A DNA stretch of 64,000 bases from Planctomycetota bacterium (GTDB taxonomy: Bacteria > Planctomycetota > UBA1135 > UBA2386). The notes beneath the pieces were generated by a model. That model did no database searches, had not been told where the DNA came from, and saw only the letters and a list, made by a program, of their open reading frames with translations. The position numbers and the translations under genes are program-made. Where the stretch lies: the NCBI GenBank assembly GCA_965228735.1, contig OZ245838.1:4480001-4544000 (forward strand), written 5' to 3'. This document shows, piece after piece, positions 38,695-47,729 of this stretch. The first letter of the stretch is position 1. Every line of letters starts with the position of its first letter.

Positions 38695-39431
38695 ACGCCG
38701 AGGGAGAGGCGATTGGCCAGCACCTCGGGGAGACCCGCCGCGAGGATCTTCTTCTTCACGCTCTCGATGTCGTACTCGACGCGTCGGATGCAGGCGATCT
38801 GTTCGTCCGTGTCAACGAACCCGTAGGCCGCGCGCGGATCCTCGTCGCGCGGCTGGCCGACACTGCCGACGTTGATCAGCACGCGGTCGTAACCGCGATA
38901 CGAGATCTCCGCCTCGGAGTTCATGACGACCCGCAGGTCGCGCAGGGCGTCCTTCTTGGCCAGATACATCGCCGGCACGTGGCTGTGCCCGACGAAGCAG
39001 AGTTCGGTGTCCTGGTGCTGCAGCGACTCGAGCGCTTCGACCGGACTGATCACGTAGCCGAACTGCTCGGGCATGTGCAGCGTGCCGTGCACGACCGTGA
39101 ACGGTGGCTGGCGCACGACGAGCGGCAGACCGCGGAGGTAGGCGAGATCGGTCTCCCCGAGCTGTTCGCGAGTCCACTCGATCGCGGCGCGCGCGAACTG
39201 GTTGAAGTACGACGCGTCGAGCAGGTCGAGGACCGCCGCATCGTGATTGCCGAGACAGACGACCGAGCCGAGGTCGCGGACGATCTCGATGCAACGGGAC
39301 GGCTGCGGGCCGTAGCCGACGATGTCGCCGACCTGCACGAAGAGATCCGCGCCATCGTCGCGCAACGCGCTGACAACCGCCGCGAGCGCTTCGACATTCC
39401 CGTGGATGTCACCGAGGATGCCGATGCGCAT
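38691..39431 (-). CDS. Calcineurin-like metallophosphoesterase
   Basis: GDIHGN, GDIVGYGP, GNHD, VHG, GHSHVP, NVGSVGQPRD. Confidence 0.95.
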   Translation of the reverse strand: MRIGILGDIHGNVEALAAVVSALRDDGADLFVQVGDIVGYGPQPSRCIEIVRDLGSVVCLGNHDAAVLDLLDASYFNQFARAAIEWTREQLGETDLAYLRGLPLVVRQPPFTVVHGTLHMPEQFGYVISPVEALESLQHQDTELCFVGHSHVPAMYLAKKDALRDLRVVMNSEAEISYRGYDRVLINVGSVGQPRDEDPRAAYGFVDTDEQIACIRRVEYDIESVKKKILAAGLPEVLANRLSLGV

Positions 39432-39449
39432 GAGGTCGTGAGGGGAGGT

Positions 39450-40262
39450 TCAAGTACGTCGAGCGGCTGCGAGCCGAAGCAACACGAGACCGGCGACGGC
39501 CAACACGGCCGCAATCACGGTCCAACGATCCGGTGCTTCAAACCATACCGTTGACCAGCCGAACGAGAAGCCGGCTCCGGCGACCACCGCGACATACGTT
39601 GCCGCGCGGTGCACCGGCGAGCCCGCGAAGAGCACGACCGCCACGGTGAGCGGCAAGTTCGCGAACGCGAATCCGAAAACCGAACACAAGGTCAGGTCGA
39701 CGTCGAGGATGGCCCCCATGATCTGGTCCGCGAGCAGCGCCAGGCTCGCTTGCACGACCGCGACCAGCGCGGTCAGGGTCGCCGCGACGACCAGACCCGG
39801 CGCGACTTCGAGACGCGCCGCGCTCGGCAGGTCGCCCCCGCCCGTGGTGGCGGCCGACGGCACTGGTGGCGTGGACGCCGCGGATCGCGCGACCGCGAGC
39901 GGCTCGTCGGCGCCCCCACCCGGGGCCGGGGATCGTGCGGCGACCGCGGATCCTCGCAACGGCATCGTTTCGGACAAGCGCATATTGGGGCTGCGATGGT
40001 GTCCGGCCCCACCGGATCCGGTGATGCCAGATTCCGGCCGCCGGGGGCCCGAGACCGCGAGCACGAGGAGCAGAACCAGCCCCCCCGCCCAGACTCCCTG
40101 CCAGGTCAGCACGACCCCGAACCCGCGCATGACCCGGGGCTCCTGGGCGGCCGCGATGGCCGCCCAACCGACCAGCACGAGCCACGGCCACAGGCCGACC
40201 TGGCGCAATCGGAGCTTGAGTTCAAGGCGCGCGAGGCGCAGTTCGACCAGCGTAGACAGCAT
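39450..40262 (-). CDS. Hypothetical membrane protein
   Basis: About six hydrophobic segments around a low-complexity linker; ATG 40262; fills the gap divergent from parA. Confidence 0.55.
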   Translation of the reverse strand: MLSTLVELRLARLELKLRLRQVGLWPWLVLVGWAAIAAAQEPRVMRGFGVVLTWQGVWAGGLVLLLVLAVSGPRRPESGITGSGGAGHHRSPNMRLSETMPLRGSAVAARSPAPGGGADEPLAVARSAASTPPVPSAATTGGGDLPSAARLEVAPGLVVAATLTALVAVVQASLALLADQIMGAILDVDLTLCSVFGFAFANLPLTVAVVLFAGSPVHRAATYVAVVAGAGFSFGWSTVWFEAPDRWTVIAAVLAVAGLVLLRLAAARRT

Positions 40263-40419
40263 CCCTCGGGGGCCATTCTGACCTGCGATGCTCCCACACG
40301 CAAAAGGAGTCTGGCGCTCTTCCGCCCGGTCGCTACGATCCGGGCTCGCGAGCGATGGCCGGGTGGTTGCCGTGCCGATCCTCGCATTCCACTGGACCTG
40401 AGGCGGCGGGGCGGAGCAC

Positions 40420-41136
40420 GTGCGTTCCCTTGTGTTGGCGAACCAGAAGGGCGGGGTCGGCAAGACCACGACCGCGATCCACCTGGCTCACGGCTTCGCG
40501 CTGAGCGGAGCCAGAGTCGGGCTCTTCGACATGGACCCGCAGGGCAATGCGACCGTCGCGGTCCATGGCATGGCGGGGGGCACCGAAGGCGCCGCAGCTC
40601 TGTCCATGCTCGAACCGGTGACGGAGAACCTCTGGCTGCTGCGGTCGCCGGGGGCCGAGTCCCTCGTCGAGCCCGGCGCCGACATCGAGGTCGACCGGCT
40701 GCTCGAGCTCGTGCGCGAGCTGAGCAAGACCCTCGACTGGCTCGTCGTGGACTGCCCGCCCCGGATCGATGCCTGGGGCTGGGCTGGTCTGCAGCTCGGT
40801 GACGAGGTGCTCGTGCCCGTGCAGGCCGAGTTCTTCGCGATTCACGGGCTGTCGCAGATGCTGACCGCGATGGACGTGATCGCGAAACAACTCGCGGGAA
40901 AGACGCGAATTCGCGGCGTCCTGCCCACGATGGTAGACGCGAGCGAGCCGGTGACCCTCGAGGTCGTCGAGGACCTGCGACGGAATCTGGGAGACCTGGT
41001 GATGGGCACCATGGTCCTCCGCGACTCTCACCTGGTCGAGGCGGCGAGCCACGGCCAGACTGCGTTCGCGCACTGCCCCTGGGCACGTGGCGCCCTTTGT
41101 TATGGTGAACTGGTAATGGAGCTTCTCGATGGTTGA
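40420..41136 (+). CDS. parA: ParA/Soj chromosome-partitioning ATPase
   Basis: ANQKGGVGKTTT, DMDPQGNAT, VVDCPP, PVQAEFFAIHGL, EAASHG. Confidence 0.95.
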   Translation: MRSLVLANQKGGVGKTTTAIHLAHGFALSGARVGLFDMDPQGNATVAVHGMAGGTEGAAALSMLEPVTENLWLLRSPGAESLVEPGADIEVDRLLELVRELSKTLDWLVVDCPPRIDAWGWAGLQLGDEVLVPVQAEFFAIHGLSQMLTAMDVIAKQLAGKTRIRGVLPTMVDASEPVTLEVVEDLRRNLGDLVMGTMVLRDSHLVEAASHGQTAFAHCPWARGALCYGELVMELLDG

Positions 41137-42028
41137 TCGACGACTGGGCCGTGGGCTCGACTTCTTCCTGTCAGGCCGTGGTGGGGGCGCCAAGGGCGAG
41201 GCCGAGGCCGAGCCACAGTCGCAGGACACGATGATGGTCGAGGTGGCCAAGCTGGCTCCCAACCCGCATCAGCCGCGCGATCCGATCGACCCGACCGAAC
41301 TCGGCGAGCTCGCGGCCTCGATTCAGGAGAACGGCATCCTGCAGCCGATCCTGGTGCGCAAGGCGGGCACGACCTTCGAGATCGTGGCGGGGGAACGACG
41401 CTGGCGCGCGGCCCAGCTCGCGAAGCTGGACAAGGTCCCGGTGCTCGTACGAGAGATCAGCGACCAGGACTCGGCGGTGTTTGCCCTGGTCGAGAACGTC
41501 CAGCGCGAGGACCTCAACGCGATCGAGAAGGCCAAGGCGTTCCAGCAGCTGCAGAAGCAGCTCGAGGCGACCCAGGATCAGGTCGCGAAGAAGGTCGGCC
41601 TGAACCGCTCATCGGTCGCCAACTTCATGCGCTTGCTCGAACTGCCGAGCGAGGTTCAGGATCATGTTTCACGTGGAACACTCTCGATGGGGCATGCGCG
41701 TAGCCTGCTCGGGCTCGTGGATCGGGACCTCATGGTGACCATGGCGGACGAAGCCATCCGGGGCACCTGGTCCGTCCGCGGCCTGGAAGAGCGCGTCCGC
41801 GAGGCTAACGAGGCAACCAAGACCCCCGGCAAGCCCGCTTCCGCGCGTGGCAGCAAGGGGGGCTCGAAGGAGCGTCCGGTCTGGCTCAAGGAGCTCGAGG
41901 AGACCCTGATGGAGAACCTGGCCGCACCGGTCTCGATCAAGTACGGCCGCAAGCGCAGCCAGATCACGTTCGAATGCGGCAGTCGCGAGGAGTTCGAGCG
42001 GCTCTACGAGCGGTTGAAGAACGCCTGA
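41129..42028 (+). CDS. parB: ParB/Spo0J CTPase
   Basis: LGRGL, NPHQPR, GILQPILVR, IVAGERRWRAA, ENVQREDLNAIE, RSSVANFMRLL. Confidence 0.97.
   Translation: MVDRRLGRGLDFFLSGRGGGAKGEAEAEPQSQDTMMVEVAKLAPNPHQPRDPIDPTELGELAASIQENGILQPILVRKAGTTFEIVAGERRWRAAQLAKLDKVPVLVREISDQDSAVFALVENVQREDLNAIEKAKAFQQLQKQLEATQDQVAKKVGLNRSSVANFMRLLELPSEVQDHVSRGTLSMGHARSLLGLVDRDLMVTMADEAIRGTWSVRGLEERVREANEATKTPGKPASARGSKGGSKERPVWLKELEETLMENLAAPVSIKYGRKRSQITFECGSREEFERLYERLKNA
41665..41680. promoter_or_regulatory. parS site inside parB
   Basis: TGTTTCACGTGGAACA (reverse complement TGTTCCACGTGAAACA) matches the consensus TGTTNCACGTGAAACA. Confidence 0.9.
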
Positions 42029-42069
42029 TCGCCAAGGGGGCAGCTCGGCTGCCCAAGTTGCAAAACCAG

Positions 42070-42103
42070 AACTGGCCGGTGGGGGCGTCCCCACCGGCCA
42101 GTT
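42070..42103. terminator. Perfect 15-bp-stem hairpin between convergent genes (probable bidirectional terminator)
   Basis: AACTGGCCGGTGGGG-GCGT-CCCCACCGGCCAGTT, with T-rich sequence 3' and an A-run 5'. Confidence 0.8.
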
Positions 42104-42136
42104 TCGTGTTCGGCGTGCGCTCCGCGGCGCCAGCCC

Positions 42137-43282
42137 CTACTGCTTGGTCACGCTCTTGATCGTGATGTTCTCGGTCGGCGCGCCCATGCCGCTGGTCTCC
42201 TCCTGCGCGGTCATCGACGCTCTGCAGATCTCCTCGACAACGTCCAGGCCCTCGACCACGTAGCCGAACACCACACGGCGATCGTCCTGGTCGGGGTTGT
42301 CCTCGACGGAGATGTAGATGCGATCCACGGCCGACTTGCCGTCCTCACCGGCCCGCGCCGAGACCGCACCCGGGAAGTGGCTCAGGCCGGTCTCCTCGAA
42401 CGCGATCTGGTGCTCGCTGGCGTCGGTCTTGACCCATTTCGTGCGGTCGGCCTCCTTGGTCGACGCGAAGCCGAAGTGCAACTGCATCGGCCGCTTCGAC
42501 CACGCCGACTCGCCATCGCGCTGGATCTCGTCGACGTTCTGGCCGTCCCAGAAGTTCTCGTCGACCAGCGCCAGGAACTTCTCCTCGTGCTTCGGCGCCT
42601 GCGGCATGAGCGCGATCGTCACGTTGCCGTAGCCCTCGAATTCGATGACGACTTTGGTCGCGTCCGCCGGGATCTCCGGCTTCTGGAAGTGCTCGGGCGT
42701 CGAGTAGTCACGCGCGGCTGCGATCTGCTCCCGCATGCGGGCCACGATGCTGCCAGCGACCGGCTCTTCGTACTCGGGCTTGCGGCGCTGCGCGGGGGTC
42801 GGATCCTCGACCTCCTTCTGCTCGCGGATCTGGATCGGGTGCGACGTCGCCGTGACCAGCGAGTGCTTCGGGTACTGCGTCTCGAGCTCGGTGAGCGCGG
42901 ACTCGGCGCGATCCCAATTGCCGTCGAGCATCGCCTTGCGCGCGACGGTGATCAGCAGGAACGGCTTCTGTTGCGCGTCCGCGGCCGCGAGCCGCGATTC
43001 GAGCTCGGCGAGATCCTGATCGGCCAGCAGATCGGTGAGCGCCGGCGGCAGCCCCGCGTGCTCTTGCGTGTAAATCCCTTCTGTACCGATAGTTACGTTG
43101 AACTGGGTCCAGTACTCGTCGACCGCCTTCTGCTGCTGGTACTTGAAGAAGTAATAGGCCGCAAACACGCCGACGACCACCACGAGCAGCCACTTCAGCG
43201 CGGGCCGGTAGCGTTCGTACAGATACTCGATCTGGTTGGGTGCCTGGGTTCCCTCCATGGGTTGGGGGGTCGTTGCGGTCAT
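42137..43282 (-). CDS. Membrane-anchored TPR + cyclophilin-like protein
   Basis: N-terminal TM; G.VTIAL..QAPKH...FLALV..NFWDG, HFPGAVSA, VVFGYVVEGLDVVEEI, P.ENITIKSVT. Confidence 0.8.
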   Translation of the reverse strand: MTATTPQPMEGTQAPNQIEYLYERYRPALKWLLVVVVGVFAAYYFFKYQQQKAVDEYWTQFNVTIGTEGIYTQEHAGLPPALTDLLADQDLAELESRLAAADAQQKPFLLITVARKAMLDGNWDRAESALTELETQYPKHSLVTATSHPIQIREQKEVEDPTPAQRRKPEYEEPVAGSIVARMREQIAAARDYSTPEHFQKPEIPADATKVVIEFEGYGNVTIALMPQAPKHEEKFLALVDENFWDGQNVDEIQRDGESAWSKRPMQLHFGFASTKEADRTKWVKTDASEHQIAFEETGLSHFPGAVSARAGEDGKSAVDRIYISVEDNPDQDDRRVVFGYVVEGLDVVEEICRASMTAQEETSGMGAPTENITIKSVTKQ

Positions 43283-43430
43283 TGGGTCATACTCCTGCGT
43301 GCAGTGGGGGGAGCGCGTCGGGCGCCCGGCCCCGTTTGGGTTCGGCTACCGGCGGGGTTGGCTGCCAGTGGGTCAGCGCGCCGGTCGGGTAGCGGGTCGG
43401 GGTTCAGCGGTTGGGGTCAGCGGGTCGGGA

Positions 43431-43868
43431 TCAGCGATCCGAGTAGTCCGTCGTGTAGTCGACGACCATCTCGGTCTTGCCATCGCGCCGGGTGAATAAA
43501 TACTCTTGGACGTAATAGCCACGTTCGAACCGCAGCTTGGTGCGGTCGGGGTTGGCCGTGTCTTCCTGCACCAACGTCCAGTTGTGCAGCGGCAGCCGCT
43601 CGCGCACGTAGGCCACGGCGTCCTCCGCCCGCACGGCGCCGGTGTAGACCAGCCTGCCGTTGCGGTAGCTCGCGGCCTCGACGGTGTGGCTCTGGTGCGC
43701 GTTGTCGACGATCTTCAGACCATCCGGCACGACCACGTCCTGGAACTGCACCGACGAGACTCCGTCCTGGCCACGCGGCAGCCCCTGGCAGGCCGCCAGA
43801 ACGGTCAACGCGGCGATCGTCGCGATCGCCAACCGGGTGGGGAACGAAGTCAACATGCGGTGCATCAT
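43431..43868 (-). CDS. Hypothetical lipoprotein
   Basis: Lipobox LAAC; QFQDVVVPDG; start 43868 or 43856. Confidence 0.75.
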   Translation of the reverse strand: MMHRMLTSFPTRLAIATIAALTVLAACQGLPRGQDGVSSVQFQDVVVPDGLKIVDNAHQSHTVEAASYRNGRLVYTGAVRAEDAVAYVRERLPLHNWTLVQEDTANPDRTKLRFERGYYVQEYLFTRRDGKTEMVVDYTTDYSDR

Positions 43869-44161
43869 GCGCCTCCCGCCGGCTCCGGCGGGCCTCGAAA
43901 GGGGGAAAAAGCTTAGCGACCCCGCAGGCGCGGAGCAACGCCACGCCGACAACTGGCCACTACGCGCCGAGGATACGCGGCGCAAGGCCCGAGTTCGACT
44001 CCGGTCTGCCCACCGGCCGACGGCGCGCGGGCGGCGCACCCGGCCGCTTGCCCGCGGCGCGAACCGATCTACACTCCGGCACCATCCTGTCGGCTCCGCG
44101 CCCTGGATCGCGGCGTCGGCGAGTGCGCGGAGCTCGCGCGCTTCAGCATCCATCTCACCGC

Positions 44162-44800
44162 ATGCGACGCATCGACGACGGCAGCCGCCAGGATTCGGGG
44201 GGGACCTCCGACCCGCACGTCCTCGATCGGCCGACGCTCGTCCTCAACCGCTCGTTCTGCCCGGTGCACGTGACGACGGTCCGACGCGCCCTCTGCCTCG
44301 TGTTCCGCGAATCGGCGCGAATCGTCGATCCTGGCGACTACATGACGTTCTCGTTCGCCGAGTGGGTGATGCAACCGCTGCCGGCCGTTGGCCCGACGAT
44401 CCGCTCGCCCGCGCTCGAGATCGCGCCGCCCGAGGTCGTCGTGCTCGCGCGCTACAACCGCGTGCCGACGCACGACGCGCCGTTCACGCGCCGGAACCTG
44501 TTCTTGCGTGACGACTACACGTGTCAGTATTGCGGCGGCCGATTCCACGCGGACCGACTCAGCGTCGATCACGTCGTGCCGCGATCGCGCGGCGGGCCGA
44601 CCAACTGGGAGAACTGCGTGCTCGCGTGCATCGGCTGCAACGCGCGCAAGGCCGATCGCACGGTGCGCGACGCCGGTCTGCAGCTGCTGCGGCCGCCCGC
44701 CCGGCCGCGCTGGACGCCGTATCTGAACGTGCGGCCCGGTCAGCGCCTCGACTCGTGGGCCCGCTTTGCGGGCCGCCGCGAACGCCGCGCGAGCTCGTAG
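44162..44800 (+). CDS. HNH endonuclease (McrA-like)
   Basis: TLVLNRS, FTRRNLFLRD..TCQYCG, SVDHVVPRSRGG..NWENCVLACIGCNARKA. Confidence 0.93.
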   Translation: MRRIDDGSRQDSGGTSDPHVLDRPTLVLNRSFCPVHVTTVRRALCLVFRESARIVDPGDYMTFSFAEWVMQPLPAVGPTIRSPALEIAPPEVVVLARYNRVPTHDAPFTRRNLFLRDDYTCQYCGGRFHADRLSVDHVVPRSRGGPTNWENCVLACIGCNARKADRTVRDAGLQLLRPPARPRWTPYLNVRPGQRLDSWARFAGRRERRASS

Positions 44801-45065
44801 GAGCGGCCGGCGCCGGATTCGGGCATTCCTGACCGCAACGTCTTTTGTGACACCTGCCCCTTTGCGGAACCGCGGCCGGCGGCGGATCATGCCGGACTCC
44901 CCGGCTCGCCGGCTGCCCGCCGGTTGCCGCCGACTCTCCCCGAACCTACCTCTTCCGGGGGGCCGACTTCTTCCGGAGCCGACTTTCCGGGTCCCACGTC
45001 TTCCGGGGCCGAAACCGCCCCGGGCCAGAATCGACAGCCCGCCCGTTCCCCTGCCCGACCCAGCA

Positions 45066-46445
45066 ATGTTCAAGCAGCACGCCGTCACCGTTCTCGTGTC
45101 CTCGCTGATCCTCGCAGCACCCGCGCTCGGCCAGTCCGCGCGCGAACTCAAGCGCGAACTCCGCCAGCGCGAGTCCGCAGCCAAGAAGGAGCAGACCGCC
45201 GAAGCGCTGCTCGCCGTCGCGCAGTGGGCGCGCGAGAAAGGCATGGCCGCCGACGCCAAGCGCCTCTTCACCAACGTGCTCAAGAAGGACCCGGCCAACG
45301 CCGACGCGAACATCGGTCTCGGCAACGCGCAGTGGGAGGGCAAGTGGATGCCCAAGCGCAAGGCCGACGCGCTACGCAAGAAGGCGATGGAGGCGATGTA
45401 CAAGGAGAAGGGCTGGGTCGAGGTCGATGAGATCTGGGTGCCGAAGGACCAGGTCGACGACGCCAAGAACGGCCTCTTCCACCACGACGGCCGGCTCGTG
45501 ACGCGCGCGGAGAAGAAGGCGCTGCTCGAGGGCATGGTCCCGCATCCGGAGACCGGGATGCTGATCCGCAAGGACGATCTCGAGAAGGCCGAAGCGGGCG
45601 AGTTCCCGATCGGCAGCGAGGGTCGGTGGGCGAGCCTCGACAAGGCCAACCAGTACTACGCCGATCCGGCGCATCCGTGGGTCGTCCGTTCGCACCACGG
45701 CACCGTCGTCACGACGCTCGAGCTCGAGAAGATCAACACGCTGAAGCAGAGCGTGGATCGCGCGTTCGAGCGCATCGGTCCGATCTTCGGCGGCACGACG
45801 CTGCCGCCGACGCACCGGCCGACGATCCTCGTCGCGACGACGGAGGACGAGTACAAGGCGTATGGCAACGCGTTCGGCGACGGCAGCAGCGCGGGCTCGG
45901 CGTTCCTCATGACGGACGAAGCCCGGCTCGAGGTGCCGTTCCAGGGCAGCGTGCGCGGCGGCGTCTGCACGGGGCAGCAGCCCGGGATGCTGCCGTATTA
46001 CGCGCGGCATGCCGCGGGGCTCGCGTTCGTGCACGGCAAGGCCCAGGCTGCGGGCGGCGCCGAGATCCCGAGCTGGTTCGCGCACGGCATCGGCGCGCTG
46101 TCGGGCTTCTACGAGAACGACCGCGACGGCACGCACTTCCTGCGCACGATGGTCGTGAAGCGCGGCGGGCTGAAGGACGTCGGCACGTTCCTCAACGACT
46201 TCACGATCAACGGCGACATGGAGGCCAACGCGATCACCTACAACTGGACCGTCGCCGGTCTGCTGATGCACTTCGCGACCCTCGGCGGCGACCAGGCGAC
46301 GACCGACGCCATGGTCGAGGTGACCAAGGCGTTCACGAACGGCGCGGGCGTCGAAGGCGCGATCGCTGGCCTGCAGAGCGCGCTCGAAGCCGCCAACGAC
46401 AAGGTCAAGGCGCACATGCAGAAGCTGCTGACCGAGAACCGCTGA
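45066..46445 (+). CDS. Secreted hypothetical protein
   Basis: Signal peptide; LLAVAQWAREKGM..DAKR; LGNAQWEGKWM; degenerate PSWFAHG motif. Confidence 0.75.
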   Translation: MFKQHAVTVLVSSLILAAPALGQSARELKRELRQRESAAKKEQTAEALLAVAQWAREKGMAADAKRLFTNVLKKDPANADANIGLGNAQWEGKWMPKRKADALRKKAMEAMYKEKGWVEVDEIWVPKDQVDDAKNGLFHHDGRLVTRAEKKALLEGMVPHPETGMLIRKDDLEKAEAGEFPIGSEGRWASLDKANQYYADPAHPWVVRSHHGTVVTTLELEKINTLKQSVDRAFERIGPIFGGTTLPPTHRPTILVATTEDEYKAYGNAFGDGSSAGSAFLMTDEARLEVPFQGSVRGGVCTGQQPGMLPYYARHAAGLAFVHGKAQAAGGAEIPSWFAHGIGALSGFYENDRDGTHFLRTMVVKRGGLKDVGTFLNDFTINGDMEANAITYNWTVAGLLMHFATLGGDQATTDAMVEVTKAFTNGAGVEGAIAGLQSALEAANDKVKAHMQKLLTENR

Positions 46446-46455
46446 GGCAGCGGAA

Positions 46456-47616
46456 TCAGGCCGTGAGCAGCTGTTCGCTGACGTGGTCGGCGAGCAGCAG
46501 ACCCTCGGATGTGAGACGCAGCACCTCGCCGTCGTAGTCGACGAGGCCGGCGTCGCGCTGCCTCGCGACCACGGCGTCGAACCACTCACGCACGGGCAGA
46601 TCGAGGCGCGCCTCGACGGCCGGCAGATCGACGCCGGCCGCCCGCCGGATGCCGAGCCAGAGCGCTTCGGCGGCGCGCTGGCGCGGCGTCAACGTCTCGG
46701 CCGTCGCCGCCGCGGGGCGCCCCGCGAGCACGGCGTCCGCCCAGGCGTCGACGGGCTTGAGGTTGGTCCAGCGCACCCCGCTGCTGTGGCTCGCGGCTCC
46801 GGGCCCGACGCCGACGTAGTCGCCCTGGCGCCAGTAGTGATCGTTGTGCCGGCACGGGCCGCCGCGACCGGCGAAGTTGCTGACCTCGTAGGCCTCGTAG
46901 CCGGCCCGACCGAGCCGTTCGCGCGTGTGCAGGAACATCGCCCGATCGACCTCCTCGTCGTTCGGCCGCACCTTGCCATGCTGCATGGCGTGCGTCAGGC
47001 GGGTGCCGGGTTCGAACGTGAGGTTGTAGCAGGACAGATGGTCGGGCGAGAGCGCGAGCGCGCGGTCGAGGTCGCTGGCCCATTCCGCGGCGGTCTCGCC
47101 CGGGATGCCGAACATGAGGTCGAGGCTGACGTTCTCGTAGCCGGCCTCGCGCAGCGCCGCGACCGCCGCCTCCGCGCCGGCCGCCGAGTGGGCGCGATCG
47201 AGGAACTCGAGGTGGCGGGCATGGAACGACTGCACGCCGACGCTGGCCCGGGCGACGCCGAGCTCGCGAGCGATCGCGGCCTTCTCGAGGGTGATGCTCT
47301 CCGGATTGGCTTCGAACGTGACTTCGGGGCAGTCCCGCAGGGCGACCCGGGCGTCGACGATCTCGAGCAGTCGCCGGAACCGCTCCGGGCTCAGCAGGCT
47401 CGGCGTGCCGCCGCCGAAGAACACCGAAGTCGGGCGGATGGCCGCGGGCCAGCTCGCCCCCAGCTCGCGTTCGAGGGCCAGGAGAAACCGGTCGTGCACG
47501 CCCTCGTCCTCGACGACGTAGGAGTTGAAGTCGCAATACCCGCACTTGACGACGCAAAACGGGACGTGGACGTACAACGAGGTCATGGGCGCGGTCGGAG
47601 CGGCGGTTGGTGCCAT
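46456..47616 (-). CDS. hemW: Radical SAM heme chaperone HemW (HemN-like)
   Basis: LYVHVPFCVVKCGYCDFNS, FFGGGTPS, EANPE, DLMFGIPGE, YEVSNF, HNDHYW; start 47616 or 47586. Confidence 0.9.
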   Translation of the reverse strand: MAPTAAPTAPMTSLYVHVPFCVVKCGYCDFNSYVVEDEGVHDRFLLALERELGASWPAAIRPTSVFFGGGTPSLLSPERFRRLLEIVDARVALRDCPEVTFEANPESITLEKAAIARELGVARASVGVQSFHARHLEFLDRAHSAAGAEAAVAALREAGYENVSLDLMFGIPGETAAEWASDLDRALALSPDHLSCYNLTFEPGTRLTHAMQHGKVRPNDEEVDRAMFLHTRERLGRAGYEAYEVSNFAGRGGPCRHNDHYWRQGDYVGVGPGAASHSSGVRWTNLKPVDAWADAVLAGRPAAATAETLTPRQRAAEALWLGIRRAAGVDLPAVEARLDLPVREWFDAVVARQRDAGLVDYDGEVLRLTSEGLLLADHVSEQLLTA

Positions 47617-47729
47617 CCGACAGATTCCACAGCCGCCCGTCCACAGTGTGGTTCCGGCGGCCCGTGGGGCCGGCCACCATCCGTCCGAGAGCTGTTCGAG
47701 AGCCCTCCAGTTCGCCTAACCAGATTCGT

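Noticed and set aside
44162..45065. CRISPR array or IscB/Cas-like system at the HNH gene
   Set aside because: No RuvC motifs; the repeats are 6-16 bp without unique spacers of regular length.
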